Translations under genes and position numbers: made by a program
Source: an uncultured delta proteobacterium
GTDB taxonomy: Bacteria > Desulfobacterota > Desulfuromonadia > Desulfuromonadales > JACZKF01
Assembly: GCA_963816395.1 (NCBI GenBank)
Contig: CAWFKQ010000005.1
Location: 1-64,000, forward strand
Length of the DNA: 64,000 nt
Reading direction: 5' to 3'
Part shown: positions 30,019 to 40,572 of the stretch, piece after piece
How the letters are laid out: each line of letters begins with the position of its first letter
Numbering within the stretch: position 1 is the stretch's first letter
The notes under the pieces: model-generated
What the model saw: only the letters and a program-made list of their open reading frames with translations
Databases searched by the model: none
Told to the model about the DNA's origin: nothing

Positions 30019-30899
30019 ACATGCTGTTTCTACCCCCGGACCTGCCCATGAATGATGAGGAATTCCGCCTGTTGCGGGATTTTGTCTACCAGCACTGTGG
30101 GCTCAACTTTACCGAGGAATCGAAATACCTCCTAGTCAAGCGCCTGGGCAAGCGGGTCGCCCACCATCGGTTGAAAACCTTCAAGGAATATTACTACCTC
30201 CTGCGCTATAACCAGCATCGCGATCAGGAACTCACGGAGGTTGTCGATTCTCTCACAACGAATGAAACCTATTTTTTTCGGGAAGATTTTCAGCTTAAGA
30301 CCTTCACCCAGGAAATCATCCCCGAAATATGCAGTCGCAAGGAAAAGGAAGGGCAAAAGCGGCTACGGATCTGGAGCGCCGGCTGTTCAACCGGGGAAGA
30401 GCCCTATACACTTGCCATGCTTCTCCTGGAGTTGCCCCGCCTGCACGACTGGCAAATCGAGATCATTGGGACCGATATCAGCCAGCGGGTCTTGCAGGTC
30501 GCGCGCAAGAGCGTGTACGGTTCCGCCTCTTTCCGCTGCACTCCTCCCGAATACCTGAAACGATATTTTATTGAAAGCGAAGGTCGCCATCGCGTCGCCG
30601 ACCGGGTTAAAAATCTGGTCACTATAAGTCACCTGAACCTATTCGATGCTCCCAGGATCTTTCTCTTGGGAAAAATGGATGTGATCTTCTGCCGAAATGT
30701 CATCATCTACTTCGATTTGGCGGCTAAAAAAAGGGTGATCGAGACTTTTTATCAGCGTCTGCTGCCGGAAGGATTCCTCCTGCTCGGCCACTCCGAATCC
30801 CTGATGAATGTCAGTAACTCCTTTCTTCTGCGTCATTTCGTTCACGATATGGTCTACCAGCGGCCGGCCATGTCCGGTGTTGAAGGGACGATGCCGTGA
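30015..30899 (+). CDS. cheR: Chemotaxis methyltransferase CheR
   Basis: [39 protein letters not shown]. Confidence 0.95.
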   Translation: MNMLFLPPDLPMNDEEFRLLRDFVYQHCGLNFTEESKYLLVKRLGKRVAHHRLKTFKEYYYLLRYNQHRDQELTEVVDSLTTNETYFFREDFQLKTFTQEIIPEICSRKEKEGQKRLRIWSAGCSTGEEPYTLAMLLLELPRLHDWQIEIIGTDISQRVLQVARKSVYGSASFRCTPPEYLKRYFIESEGRHRVADRVKNLVTISHLNLFDAPRIFLLGKMDVIFCRNVIIYFDLAAKKRVIETFYQRLLPEGFLLLGHSESLMNVSNSFLLRHFVHDMVYQRPAMSGVEGTMP

Positions 30900-31954
30900 A
30901 CCGTACCGTACGTGTGCTGGTGATCGACGACTCCGCTTACAACCGGCGGACCATTATCAAGATGCTGGAAGCCATCCCGCAGGTGAAAGTAATTGCCTAT
31001 GCCGGCAATGGGGAGGAGGGGCTGCGCAAGGTCATCGACCTGAAGCCGGACCTGATCACCCTCGATCTGGAAATGCCACGGATGGACGGCTTTACTTTTC
31101 TGCGCATAATCATGCAGAGCCGGCCGACTCCGGTAATCATCGTTTCCGCCCGCGCCGAGGACGAGAATGTCTTCCGAGCCCTGGAACTGGGAGCAGTGGA
31201 ATTTGTAGCCAAACCCACCGCGCGTATATCCCCTGAGCTATTCAACATCCAGGATGATTTGCAGAGGAAAGTCCGGGAAGTGGCGCGGATGGACATGAAA
31301 AAGGTGGTGACTCGCGCCATTTCCAACGGCACCCCGGCGGTCAAGCCGCCCCCGCGCGCCTGGCCGGCAACCGGACAGCGGAGCTGCACCCAGGTATTGA
31401 TCGGTTCCTCTACCGGCGGCCCGCCGGCCCTGCAGGCAATCTTTTCCGCCATTCGAGAATCGGTTCCAATCGGTTTTGCCATTTCTCAACACATGCCGCC
31501 AGGTTTCACGCGGGCTTTTGCCGATCGTTTGAACAAATTTACCGCTATCGAGGTCCGCGAGGCGGAATCCGGTGATCGGATGCTGCCGGGAGTCGCCCTG
31601 GTGGCGCCCGGCGGTAAAAATCTGCTCTTCCGACGTCGGGGCGAGGAGGTAATGGCGCAGGTGGTAGATCCAGCACCCGGGCAGCGCTACGTACCCTCCG
31701 TCGATGCCATGTTCATCTCTGGAAGCGAGGTCTTCGGGGAAAAAGTACTGGGAGTGGTACTCACCGGCATGGGCAATGACGGAGCCCGCGGGCTGATCGG
31801 GATTAAAGAACGAGGTGGAGGTGTGCTCGCCGAAGCCGAGGAAACGAGCGTCGTCTTCGGTATGCCGAAGGAGGCCATTGCCACCGGAAAAGTAGATAAA
31901 GTCGTGCCGCTACCGTTGATCAGTCGTGAGATCCTGCGGCGCTGCGGTTGCTGA
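30896..31954 (+). CDS. cheB: Chemotaxis methylesterase CheB
   Basis: Receiver plus GSSTGGP, QHMP, PSVD, TGMGNDG. Confidence 0.95.
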   Translation: MNRTVRVLVIDDSAYNRRTIIKMLEAIPQVKVIAYAGNGEEGLRKVIDLKPDLITLDLEMPRMDGFTFLRIIMQSRPTPVIIVSARAEDENVFRALELGAVEFVAKPTARISPELFNIQDDLQRKVREVARMDMKKVVTRAISNGTPAVKPPPRAWPATGQRSCTQVLIGSSTGGPPALQAIFSAIRESVPIGFAISQHMPPGFTRAFADRLNKFTAIEVREAESGDRMLPGVALVAPGGKNLLFRRRGEEVMAQVVDPAPGQRYVPSVDAMFISGSEVFGEKVLGVVLTGMGNDGARGLIGIKERGGGVLAEAEETSVVFGMPKEAIATGKVDKVVPLPLISREILRRCGC

Positions 31955-31977
31955 AAATGATTTTAGGAGAGGAAAAT

Positions 31978-32805
31978 ATGCAGAAAGAGGACGAAAAAGG
32001 CGTTTTGAGCCGGGGGGAGGAATTCCTCCAGGTCTTCAAGAAAGGCGCCGAATTTACGCAGGAGATTCTCAAGGAAAACGAGCGCCTGCGCTTCCAGATC
32101 TTGCAGCTTGAGGAGGGACTGAAAAAACGACCGGAAGAGGTCCAGGCGCCGGACCAGGAAACTCTCCGGTTGCGCCGGAAAATAGATGACCTGGAACGGG
32201 AAAAACAGGAAATTGTCGCCCGGATCCAGCAGGTGGAGGAGGAAAATCTGGATTTCGCCAACCGCTATGTGGAGGTTGAAAACCAGAACAACATGCTGGC
32301 CAACCTGTACATCGCCTCCTACCAGCTTCATTCAACCCTCGATCACAAGGAAGTGCTGCAGATCATTACGGAAATTGTCATCAATCTGATCGGTGCCGAA
32401 GAGTTCGCGGTCATGGTGATCGGCGACAAGGTCCGAAAGCTGCATGCGGTGGCCTGCGAGGGACTGGAGTTGCCGGATATCCCTCCCGTCCGGATCGGCG
32501 AGGGGATAATCGGCGAGGCGGCGCGATCGGGAGAGAATTATTTCATCGAGCACATGGAGGGATATGTCCGGGACTTGAAAAGCCCCCTGGTCTGCATCCC
32601 GTTGAAAATAAAGGATCATGTCATCGGAGTGCTGGTCATCTACAAGTTGCTGGAACAGAAGGACCGGTTTGCCGATGTCGATTTCGAACTGTTTACCCTG
32701 CTGGCCGGACATGCTGCCACCGCAATCTTCTCCTCCAAACTCTATTCAGAATCGGAGCGGAAGCTGTCCACCATCCAGGGCTTCATCGATCTCATGACCA
32801 AATAG
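31978..32805 (+). CDS. Coiled-coil plus GAF domain protein
   Basis: Heptad-rich N-half; GEGIIG, CIPLK..D.VIGVL, LLAGHAATA. Confidence 0.82.
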   Translation: MQKEDEKGVLSRGEEFLQVFKKGAEFTQEILKENERLRFQILQLEEGLKKRPEEVQAPDQETLRLRRKIDDLEREKQEIVARIQQVEEENLDFANRYVEVENQNNMLANLYIASYQLHSTLDHKEVLQIITEIVINLIGAEEFAVMVIGDKVRKLHAVACEGLELPDIPPVRIGEGIIGEAARSGENYFIEHMEGYVRDLKSPLVCIPLKIKDHVIGVLVIYKLLEQKDRFADVDFELFTLLAGHAATAIFSSKLYSESERKLSTIQGFIDLMTK

Positions 32806-32824
32806 GTTGCGGAGGGATTCAGGA

Positions 32825-33205
32825 ATGAATAACTATAAAGTTCTGGTCGTCGAAGATTCGCCCACCATGCGCCAGCTTATCGTCTTTGCCCTGAAACGCC
32901 TCCGGGGCTTGGTTATCGTTGAAGCCAACGATGGCGTCGACGGTCTCAAGAAATTGACCGGAGATAAGTTCGACCTGATCATCACCGATATCAACATGCC
33001 GATCATGAACGGCCTTAAACTGGTCAGCCTGGTTCGCCGTGATCCCGGTTACCAGAAGACGCCCATCATTATCGTCACCACCGAGGGTGCCGAAGAGGAT
33101 CGGGAGCGAGCCCTGGCTTTGGGCGCCAACGAATACATCACCAAGCCGGTGCAGACCACCAGACTCCTCGAGGTGACTCGGCGGCTTTTAAATCTAGGTC
33201 CCTGA
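32825..33205 (+). CDS. cheY: CheY-like response regulator
   Basis: VLVVEDS, TDINMP, YITKP. Close paralog of the gene at 22195. Confidence 0.9.
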   Translation: MNNYKVLVVEDSPTMRQLIVFALKRLRGLVIVEANDGVDGLKKLTGDKFDLIITDINMPIMNGLKLVSLVRRDPGYQKTPIIIVTTEGAEEDRERALALGANEYITKPVQTTRLLEVTRRLLNLGP

Positions 33206-33222
33206 TGCCGGTGCCATTCGGA

Positions 33223-33255
33223 TTGACAAATCGCCGGCAACTTGTGGTATATACT
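33223..33255 (+). promoter_or_regulatory. Putative sigma70 promoter for infA
   Basis: TTGACA at 33223 followed by TGGTATATACT. Spacing is slightly long. Confidence 0.5.
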
Positions 33256-33301
33256 TTTGATTGCCCGGGAACCGGGATTTCACTTTGCAAAGGAGGCTCT
33301 T

Positions 33302-33520
33302 TTGGCTAAAGAAGAAGCGATTGAAGTTGAGGGTTCGGTTATTGAACCGCTTCCCAATGCTATGTTCCGGGTCAAACTCGATAACGGGCACATCGTCCTG
33401 GCACATATTTCCGGGAAGATGCGCAAGTTCTATATCCGCATTCTCCCTGGCGATCGGGTAACGGTGGAACTCTCCCCCTATGATTTGACCCGCGGCAGAA
33501 TTACCTACCGGGAAAAATAG
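33302..33520 (+). CDS. infA: Translation initiation factor IF-1
   Basis: [10 protein letters not shown]...HISGKMR...ILPGDRV...[11 protein letters not shown] start after AGGAGG. Confidence 0.97.
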   Translation: MAKEEAIEVEGSVIEPLPNAMFRVKLDNGHIVLAHISGKMRKFYIRILPGDRVTVELSPYDLTRGRITYREK

Positions 33521-33629
33521 GGCGGTCGTTACCGGTTAATCCCCAACGGCAAGCGAAATTTATTTCCGGCTATCTTACGCAGACATACCGGCGTACACGC
33601 CGGTTTTCCTGTTTATGAGCGGAGACGTT

Positions 33630-36186
33630 ATGGAAGAACGTTACACCCCCGAGGCCATCGAGGGGCGATGGCAGCAGATCTGGGCGGAGCGCAAGTCTTT
33701 CAAAGCGGCCGAGGAGTCAGACCGGCGCAAGTTCTATCTGCTGGAGATGTTTCCCTATCCCTCCGGGCGCATCCACATGGGGCACGTGCGCAACTATTCC
33801 ATTGGGGATGTGGTGGCCCGCTTCAAGCGGCTGCAGGGGTTCAACGTCCTTCATCCGATGGGCTGGGATGCCTTCGGCATGCCGGCCGAGAATGCGGCCA
33901 TCCAGCACGGAACCCATCCGGCCAAATGGACTTACGAGAACATCGCCAACATGCGCGTCCAGCTGAAGAAGATGGGGTTCTCGTATGACTGGGACCGGGA
34001 ATTCGCCACCTGTGACCGCGAATATTATCGGTGGGAGCAGCTGATTTTCCTGAAGATGTTCGAGAAAGGGCTGGCCTACAAGAAAAGCTCTTCGGTCAAC
34101 TGGTGCCCGGCCTGCCAGACCGTACTGGCCAATGAGCAGGTCGAGGATGGCCGATGCTGGCGCTGCGACAGTGAAGTGATAGCCAAGGAACTCGAGCAGT
34201 GGTTCTTCAGAATCACCGATTATGCCGAAGAACTGCTGGACTGGACGTACCGTTTGCCGGGCTGGCCGGAGCCGGTCCTGATCATGCAGCGCAACTGGAT
34301 CGGACGCAGTGTCGGCTGTGAGATCGACTTCCCGGTGGAGAATTCAGCCAGGACGGTCCGGGTCTTCACCACTCGCCAGGATACCCTTTACGGTGCAACT
34401 TTCATGAGTCTCGCCCCCGAGCACCCGCTCGCCCTGGAGCTGACGGTGCCGGAACAGCGGCAGCAGGTGGAGGCCTTTATGGCCCGGATGCGCCGGGAGG
34501 ACAAGGCCCGCCGCACCAGCGATGAGCAGGAAAAGGAAGGCGTTTTCACCGGCAGCTACTGTCTCAATCCGGTCAGCGGCCGGAAAATGCCCGTCTTCCT
34601 CGCCAACTTCGTGCTCATGGAATACGGCACCGGTGCGGTGATGGCGGTCCCCACCCATGACCAGCGGGATTTTGAATTCGCCCGCAAATACGATCTCCCC
34701 CTGCAGGTGGTCATCCAGCCGGAAGGAGAACGGCTGGCGGCCGCTGCCATGCGTCAGGCCTGGACAGGCCCCGGGTTAATGGTCAACTCGGGAGAATTCG
34801 ATGGCCTGTCGCAATGAGGATGCCAAGGAAAAAATCGCCGATGACCTCGAGCGCCGGAGAATTGGCAGAAAGACGGTCAACTACCGGCTGCGTGACTGGG
34901 GGGTATCCCGCCAGCGCTATTGGGGGACGCCGATTCCGATCCTCTACTGCGAGGCTTGCGGCATTGTCCCGGTTCCGGAGGAGGATCTGCCGGTGGTTCT
35001 GCCCACGGATGTCGAACTTACCGGCGAAGGAGGGAGTCCGCTGGCCAGGAGCGAAGCCTTCCTGCACGCCACCTGCCCCCGTTGCGGCGGCCCGGCGCGG
35101 CGGGAGACAGATACTTTTGACACTTTCGTCGAAAGTTCGTGGTATTTCGCCCGCTATGCCAGCCCTGATTTCAGCGCCGGTCCGCTCGACCGGTCACGGG
35201 TGGAATACTGGCTGCCAGTCGACCAGTACATCGGTGGCGTCGAACATGCGGTAATGCATCTGCTTTATGCCCGCTTCTTCACCAAGGTGTTGCGCGACCT
35301 GGGAATGATGGACATCGACGAACCGTTTACTAACCTCCTTACCCAGGGGATGGTCTGCATGGAGACCCGCTCCTGCCCCCGGCATGGCTGGCTATTTCCG
35401 GAGGACGTGGCCGAGGGCCGCTGCCGCAAGTGCGGTGCCGAGGCGACGATCGGCCGCATTGAGAAAATGAGCAAATCGAAGAAGAACGTGATCGACCCCG
35501 ACAGCCTGATCGAGCGCTATGGGGCCGATACCGCGCGACTTTTCTCCCTCTTCGCGGCTCCGCCAGAGAAAGATCTGGAGTGGAATGAGCAGGGGGTGGA
35601 AGGTTGCTTTCGCTTTCTGAACCGGGTCTGGCGGGCGGTCTACGATAATCGGCAATTGCTCCGTCGCCCTGAACTGCCGGTCGAAACCAGCGTGCCGGCG
35701 CGACGGCTGCGGCGTCTGACGCATCGCACCATCCGCAAGGTGACTGAGGACATCGACGGTCGCTTCCATTTCAACACCGCTATCGCCGCCATCATGGAAC
35801 TGGTCAACGAAATTTATGGCTGCGAGGAGAAGGGAGCCTGCCCCGGTGCCCTTCGAGAAGCGCTGGAAACGGTGGTTCGGCTCCTGGCTCCGTTCGTTCC
35901 GCATATAGCGGAAGAACTCTGGAGTCACCTGGGGCACGCCGGAGGTTTGGAGGCGGCCGGTTGGCCGGTTTGGGACGAAGCGGCCATGGCTGAAGAGGAG
36001 AAAACTATCGTCATTCAGGTGAATGGCAAGGTGCGCGGGAAAATAATTGTGCCGGCTCAGGCCGATGCGCATGAGGTCGAACGGGCGGCATTGACCGAGG
36101 CCAATGTCACCCGGTTTATAGCCGGGCAGACGGTACGCAAGGTGGTGATCGTTCCCGGCCGACTGGTCAATGTGGTGGTCGGCTGA
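33630..36186 (+). CDS. leuS: Leucyl-tRNA synthetase (frameshift about 34810)
   Basis: MFPYPSG, HMGH, editing domain, YRLRDW.SRQRYWG, KMSKS. Confidence 0.96.
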
Positions 36187-36698
36187 TGCGTTATTTTCCT
36201 GCGCTTCTGATATCGCTGCTGCTGGTGTTGATTGGCGGCTGCGGCTATCATCTGCAGGGCAGGGGAGGGAATCTCCCTGCAGATGTGCGGACCCTGAGTG
36301 TGGAAATGTTCGCCAACAAAACCCTGGAGCCCTTTCTGGAGAGCACGGTCAGCGAACTGGTGGCAGAGCGATTTATTCGCGGCCGGCTCTTCCAGGTTGT
36401 AAACCACTCCGCCGGCGCTGATGCCGTCCTCTCCGGCCAGGTCACGGCCTATACCAGTGAACCGATCGCTTACGACCAGAACGACACCATCGTCCGTTAC
36501 CGCTCCTCAATGGCAGTCTCCGCCCTCCTGCGCCGCGCCAGCGGAGCAGTCCTGTGGAAAGGGGCGATCTCCTGGAGTGAAGAGTACGCGGCCAGCCCGA
36601 ACAAGGCAGTGCAGGACGATAATGAATCCGCTGCCATACGGCTGATCAGCGAGCGGGTCGCCGAAGAGCTTTATTTTCGCTTGAGCGATAATTTCTGA
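36186..36698 (+). CDS. lptE: LPS assembly lipoprotein LptE
   Basis: Lipobox GGCGYHL, conserved position between leuS and holA. Confidence 0.85.
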   Translation: MRYFPALLISLLLVLIGGCGYHLQGRGGNLPADVRTLSVEMFANKTLEPFLESTVSELVAERFIRGRLFQVVNHSAGADAVLSGQVTAYTSEPIAYDQNDTIVRYRSSMAVSALLRRASGAVLWKGAISWSEEYAASPNKAVQDDNESAAIRLISERVAEELYFRLSDNF

Positions 36699-37738
36699 TG
36701 AAATCCGCTGAACTGGATAAGATGCTGGGGAGCGGGAAAATTTCCCCCCTCCTGCTTCTTCACGGTGAAGAAACCTTTCTCCTGGAGAAGGCTTTGCTAC
36801 GGCTGCTGAATGTCACCGTGCCGGAGGCACGGGATTTCAACTATCAGCTGATTCGCGGCAGGGAAGTTCGAGCAGCCGTAATCATCGATGCAGCCCGCAC
36901 TCTGCCGGTTTTTTCCTCTTACCGTCTGATTCTTATCAAGGAAACAGAGGAAATCCCCGCAGCCGAACTCGATGCCTTTATTCCCTATCTTCGGGATCCA
37001 TGTCTGGAGACGGTCCTGGTCTTCACCGCTGAAAAAATCGACGGGCGCCGGAAATTCTTCCAGGAATTCCGAAAGCACGGCCAGCTGTTTGAATTCCGGC
37101 GCCTGTATGAAAATCAGATTCCGGCCTTTGTTGAGGAACAGGCCCGCAGTGCCGGATTTTTCTTTACTGGGGATGCCCTGGCGCAATTCTGCCGGCGGGT
37201 TGGGAACAATCTTCAGGAAGTGCACGGGGAGTTGATGAAGCTCTTCAGCTTTCTTGGTGATCGTACCCTGGCCGACGTGGCCGACGTGGCGGCGGTCGTC
37301 TCCGATACCCGCATCGACAGCATTTTCGACCTGACTAATGCCATCGGCCAGAAAAAAACGGTTGAGGCGCTTCTGTTGCTCGAGCGAATGCTCGGGGAAG
37401 GGATGGCCCCGCTGCTCATTCTGAGCATGCTGGTCCGTCATTTTCGGCAACTATGGATGGCGCGGGAATTGCTCGACCAAAAAACGGCGCCGCGGGAGAT
37501 TGCCAAGCAACTCGGCATCAACCCCTACTTCCTGGAGGGGCTCCTGCACCAGGCCAGACGTTTTTCAACGACCGGTTACCGTCAGGCTTTTGAACTCTTC
37601 CTCGAGGTGGACCAGGCACTCAAGGCGACTGGGGCTCACCCGGCTGCCCGTTTGGAATGCTTGATCCTGGCCCTTGGGGAGGGAAACCTTGGGGGGCCGG
37701 CGGGAAACGAAAAAGGGGCCTCAGCCCCTTCTCCGTGA
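36698..37738 (+). CDS. holA: DNA polymerase III delta
   Basis: LLHGEE.FL, TLPVF, SIFDL..AI, synteny. Confidence 0.92.
   Translation: MKSAELDKMLGSGKISPLLLLHGEETFLLEKALLRLLNVTVPEARDFNYQLIRGREVRAAVIIDAARTLPVFSSYRLILIKETEEIPAAELDAFIPYLRDPCLETVLVFTAEKIDGRRKFFQEFRKHGQLFEFRRLYENQIPAFVEEQARSAGFFFTGDALAQFCRRVGNNLQEVHGELMKLFSFLGDRTLADVADVAAVVSDTRIDSIFDLTNAIGQKKTVEALLLLERMLGEGMAPLLILSMLVRHFRQLWMARELLDQKTAPREIAKQLGINPYFLEGLLHQARRFSTTGYRQAFELFLEVDQALKATGAHPAARLECLILALGEGNLGGPAGNEKGASAPSP
37710..37732 (-). terminator. Intrinsic terminator for rpsT
   Basis: Minus strand AAGGGGCTGAGGCCCCTTTTT just past the rpsT stop. Confidence 0.65.
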
Positions 37739-37754
37739 GCACAGCGCGGATAAT

Positions 37755-38018
37755 TTATTGCAGGTTGTTAACCAGCCTGGTCAGTCGGCTGATTTTCCGG
37801 CTGGCGGTCGCTTTGTGAATAACCCCCTTGGTCGCCGCTTTGTCGATGAACGGGATGGCCCGCTCCAGGGCCGCTTTCGCCGCACTCGAATTTCCCCCGG
37901 CGACGGCTTCCCGGACTTGTTTGACGAATGTCCGCATGGTAGAGCGGATATGAGTGTTGCGGGCATTGCGGACAGCATTTTGCCGATTTCTCTTGATGGC
38001 TGACTTGTGATTGGCCAA
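37755..38018 (-). CDS. rpsT: 30S ribosomal protein S20
   Basis: ANHKSAIKR...[15 protein letters not shown]. Confidence 0.97.
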   Translation of the reverse strand: MANHKSAIKRNRQNAVRNARNTHIRSTMRTFVKQVREAVAGGNSSAAKAALERAIPFIDKAATKGVIHKATASRKISRLTRLVNNLQ

Positions 38019-38262
38019 GGTTCAGTCCTCCTTGCTCTCTCGATTGGATCCGTGGTGATTAATTTCCTTTGATGGCCGGTTTATACCATCGAAATTTCTT
38101 TGAGTCAAGCTAAAAGTTCTCCAATCATTTCATGCATTCCTTTTATCATCAGTGAGTTATGTTGGCAGTAGAGGGAATTAAATATAAATAATCCCATTTT
38201 TCCGGAACAGATGCCGTCTTTTCTGGTGGCCGGTGAAGAGCCGTGGCCACCTGCTGGAAACC

Positions 38263-39837
38263 ATGTCGGAGAAGAAGAAAATATCACGGGCCACCGGCAT
38301 CATGGGGGTCGCTACTATGATGAGCCGGGTGGCGGGTCTGGTGCGGGATATGGTTGTTGCCAGCCTGTTCGGAGCCGGATTTGCCACCGATGCCTTCTTC
38401 ATGGCGTTCACCATTCCCAACCTGCTGCGTCGCTTTTTTGCCGAGGGGTCGCTCACCGCCGCCTTCATTCCTACCTTTGCCGATGTCTACCATCGGCAGG
38501 GAGAGGCGGAGGCCAAACAGCTGGCGGGCATCTGCTGGACCTTGCTGCTGATCGTCATGGCCATTGTCGCCGCAGCCGGAATTCTCGCTTCACCCTGGCT
38601 CGTTCGATTGATCGGTTACGGTTTCAGTACTGTCGAAGGCAAATTGGCGCTGACTGACCATCTGAACCGGTTGATGTTCCCTTATATTTTCTTTGTCAGC
38701 CTGCTGGCGCTGCTGACCGGGGTGATGAATGTTCTGGGGCATTTTTTCCTGCCGGCGGTCTCTCCCGTTCTGCTCAACCTGGCAATGATCCTCTGTGCCG
38801 TCGCCCTTGCGCCCCATTTCGCCGTACCGATCACCGCCCTGGCAATCGGCGTGCTGCTGGGAGGGGCACTGCAGTTGGCGATTCAACTGCCGGTTCTGCG
38901 CGGATTAGGGATTTCCCTGCGACCGAATTTCAATTTTCGGCATCCGGCCATCGGGCGGATCGCCCGTCTGATGCTGCCTGGGATAGCCGGGGTGGCAATC
39001 TACCAGATCAACGTGCTGGTCACCCGCCTTCTCGCTTCCTTTCTTCCCCAGGGAAGCGTCTCCTATCTTTACTATGGACAACGTCTCTTCGAGTTTCCCC
39101 AGGGCATCTTTGTCGTTTCTCTCGCCCAGGCGGTGCTCCCCGCCATGAGCCGGCAGATTGCCCTGGGAGATGAGCAGGGGCTGAAGGACTCACTTCGCTT
39201 TGCCCTCGCTCTGATCATTCTGGTCACCTTGCCGGCGGCGGCCGGTTTGATGCTCTGTGCCATCCCGGTGTATAGCTTGTTTTTTATGGGGGGGGCATTC
39301 AATTATGAGGATGTCCGGCAGACGGCCCTGGCCCTGATCGCTTATGCACCAGGACTCCTCTTCGTCGGCGTCAGTCGCGTGGTAGTCCCGACTTTTTATG
39401 CCAGAAAAAATACGCGCACGCCGGTCTGGATCTCCTTCTGGACGCTTCTGGTCAATGCCGGGCTAGGCCTGCTGCTGATGGGTCCACTGCAGCATGCGGG
39501 CCTGGCTCTGGCACTGACCCTCTCTTCGGTTTTCAACGCGGTGCTGCTGGTCTGGGCCCTGCGACGGCAGATAGGCTGCCTGGGACTGCGGTCTGTCCTG
39601 AATACCCTGATGCGGGTAGTCCCGGCAACCGGGCTGATGGCCGCCGCCGTTTGGTCTTTGGTCCGTCTAGGACCGTGGAATGAGACCGGCCTGATTGCGG
39701 TCAAGGCGGCCTTTCTGACGGCCGCTATTCTGGCCGGTGCCGGGGCTTATGCGACCGGTTGCCTTTTGTTTCGGGTTCCCGAGGCTGGAGAAGCAGTGGC
39801 CATTGTTCAACGTAAATTGCTGCGGAAAGCGCCGTGA
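38263..39837 (+). CDS. murJ: Lipid II flippase MurJ
   Basis: SRV.GLVRD, DAF.MAF.IPNLLRR.FAEG, RL.EFP.G. Confidence 0.95.
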   Translation: MSEKKKISRATGIMGVATMMSRVAGLVRDMVVASLFGAGFATDAFFMAFTIPNLLRRFFAEGSLTAAFIPTFADVYHRQGEAEAKQLAGICWTLLLIVMAIVAAAGILASPWLVRLIGYGFSTVEGKLALTDHLNRLMFPYIFFVSLLALLTGVMNVLGHFFLPAVSPVLLNLAMILCAVALAPHFAVPITALAIGVLLGGALQLAIQLPVLRGLGISLRPNFNFRHPAIGRIARLMLPGIAGVAIYQINVLVTRLLASFLPQGSVSYLYYGQRLFEFPQGIFVVSLAQAVLPAMSRQIALGDEQGLKDSLRFALALIILVTLPAAAGLMLCAIPVYSLFFMGGAFNYEDVRQTALALIAYAPGLLFVGVSRVVVPTFYARKNTRTPVWISFWTLLVNAGLGLLLMGPLQHAGLALALTLSSVFNAVLLVWALRRQIGCLGLRSVLNTLMRVVPATGLMAAAVWSLVRLGPWNETGLIAVKAAFLTAAILAGAGAYATGCLLFRVPEAGEAVAIVQRKLLRKAP

Positions 39838-40385
39838 AAGGCCGGCCTGGGCCGGGCACCGGGCATTTCCTGTTCTGGAAGAGCCCTGTTGGCTGGATCG
39901 GTCTGGTTGCCGGTGCGAAGGGGTTGCGGGAGGTTATCCTGCAGGCAGATCCTCCACCGATGCGCGAGAGCCTTCCTGATCATTGCCTGACGCCTCGGTC
40001 GGATGCCCTCCTCACGGGTCGCCGGCAACTGGATGAATTTTTCCGCGGGGAGCGCCTAACCTTTGATCTGCCCCTTGATCTCCAGGGCCTTTCCCCCTTT
40101 GCCACCAAGGTCCTGCACACTCTGCTCCAGATCCCCTACGGAACCACCATCTCTTACGGTGAGTTGGGGGAACTCTCCGGCTTTCCCCGCACTGCCCGGG
40201 CGGTCGGCGGCGTGATGGCCCGTAATCCCCTGCCGATTGTTATCCCCTGTCATCGGGTTATTGGGGCCGGTGGCCGCCTGACCGGGTATTCGGGTGGAGA
40301 GGGGCTTGCCACTAAAGAGTGGCTGCTGCGGTTTGAGCGGGAATGGAGTCAGGATAAAATTATTCCGGGCAGTAAAAGTTCTTGA
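39834..40385 (+). CDS. ogt: Methylated-DNA-protein-cysteine methyltransferase
   Basis: IPYG.T.SYGEL, ARAVG, IPCHRV. Confidence 0.92.
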   Translation: MKGRPGPGTGHFLFWKSPVGWIGLVAGAKGLREVILQADPPPMRESLPDHCLTPRSDALLTGRRQLDEFFRGERLTFDLPLDLQGLSPFATKVLHTLLQIPYGTTISYGELGELSGFPRTARAVGGVMARNPLPIVIPCHRVIGAGGRLTGYSGGEGLATKEWLLRFEREWSQDKIIPGSKSS

Positions 40386-40430
40386 CACCCCTTCGTCACA
40401 TTTGATAAAAGTTACCGGCGTTACGGTTGT

Positions 40431-40505
<75 letters not shown>

Positions 40506-40572
40506 ATTTCGAACCCACAGCCGTCTAACCGCGTGAGGCATCCCCGGATGCCTCTTTTCGTTGGAGAGTAAA

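Noticed and set aside
33587..33608. T-box or attenuator upstream of leuS
   Set aside because: Only a short ACCGGCG-TACA-CGCCGGT hairpin with a T run; no T-box consensus and the spacer is too short. More likely the infA terminator.
34790..34830. Split LeuRS or programmed frameshift
   Set aside because: No RBS or slippery site; a single indel restores the frame, and similar errors occur throughout the window.
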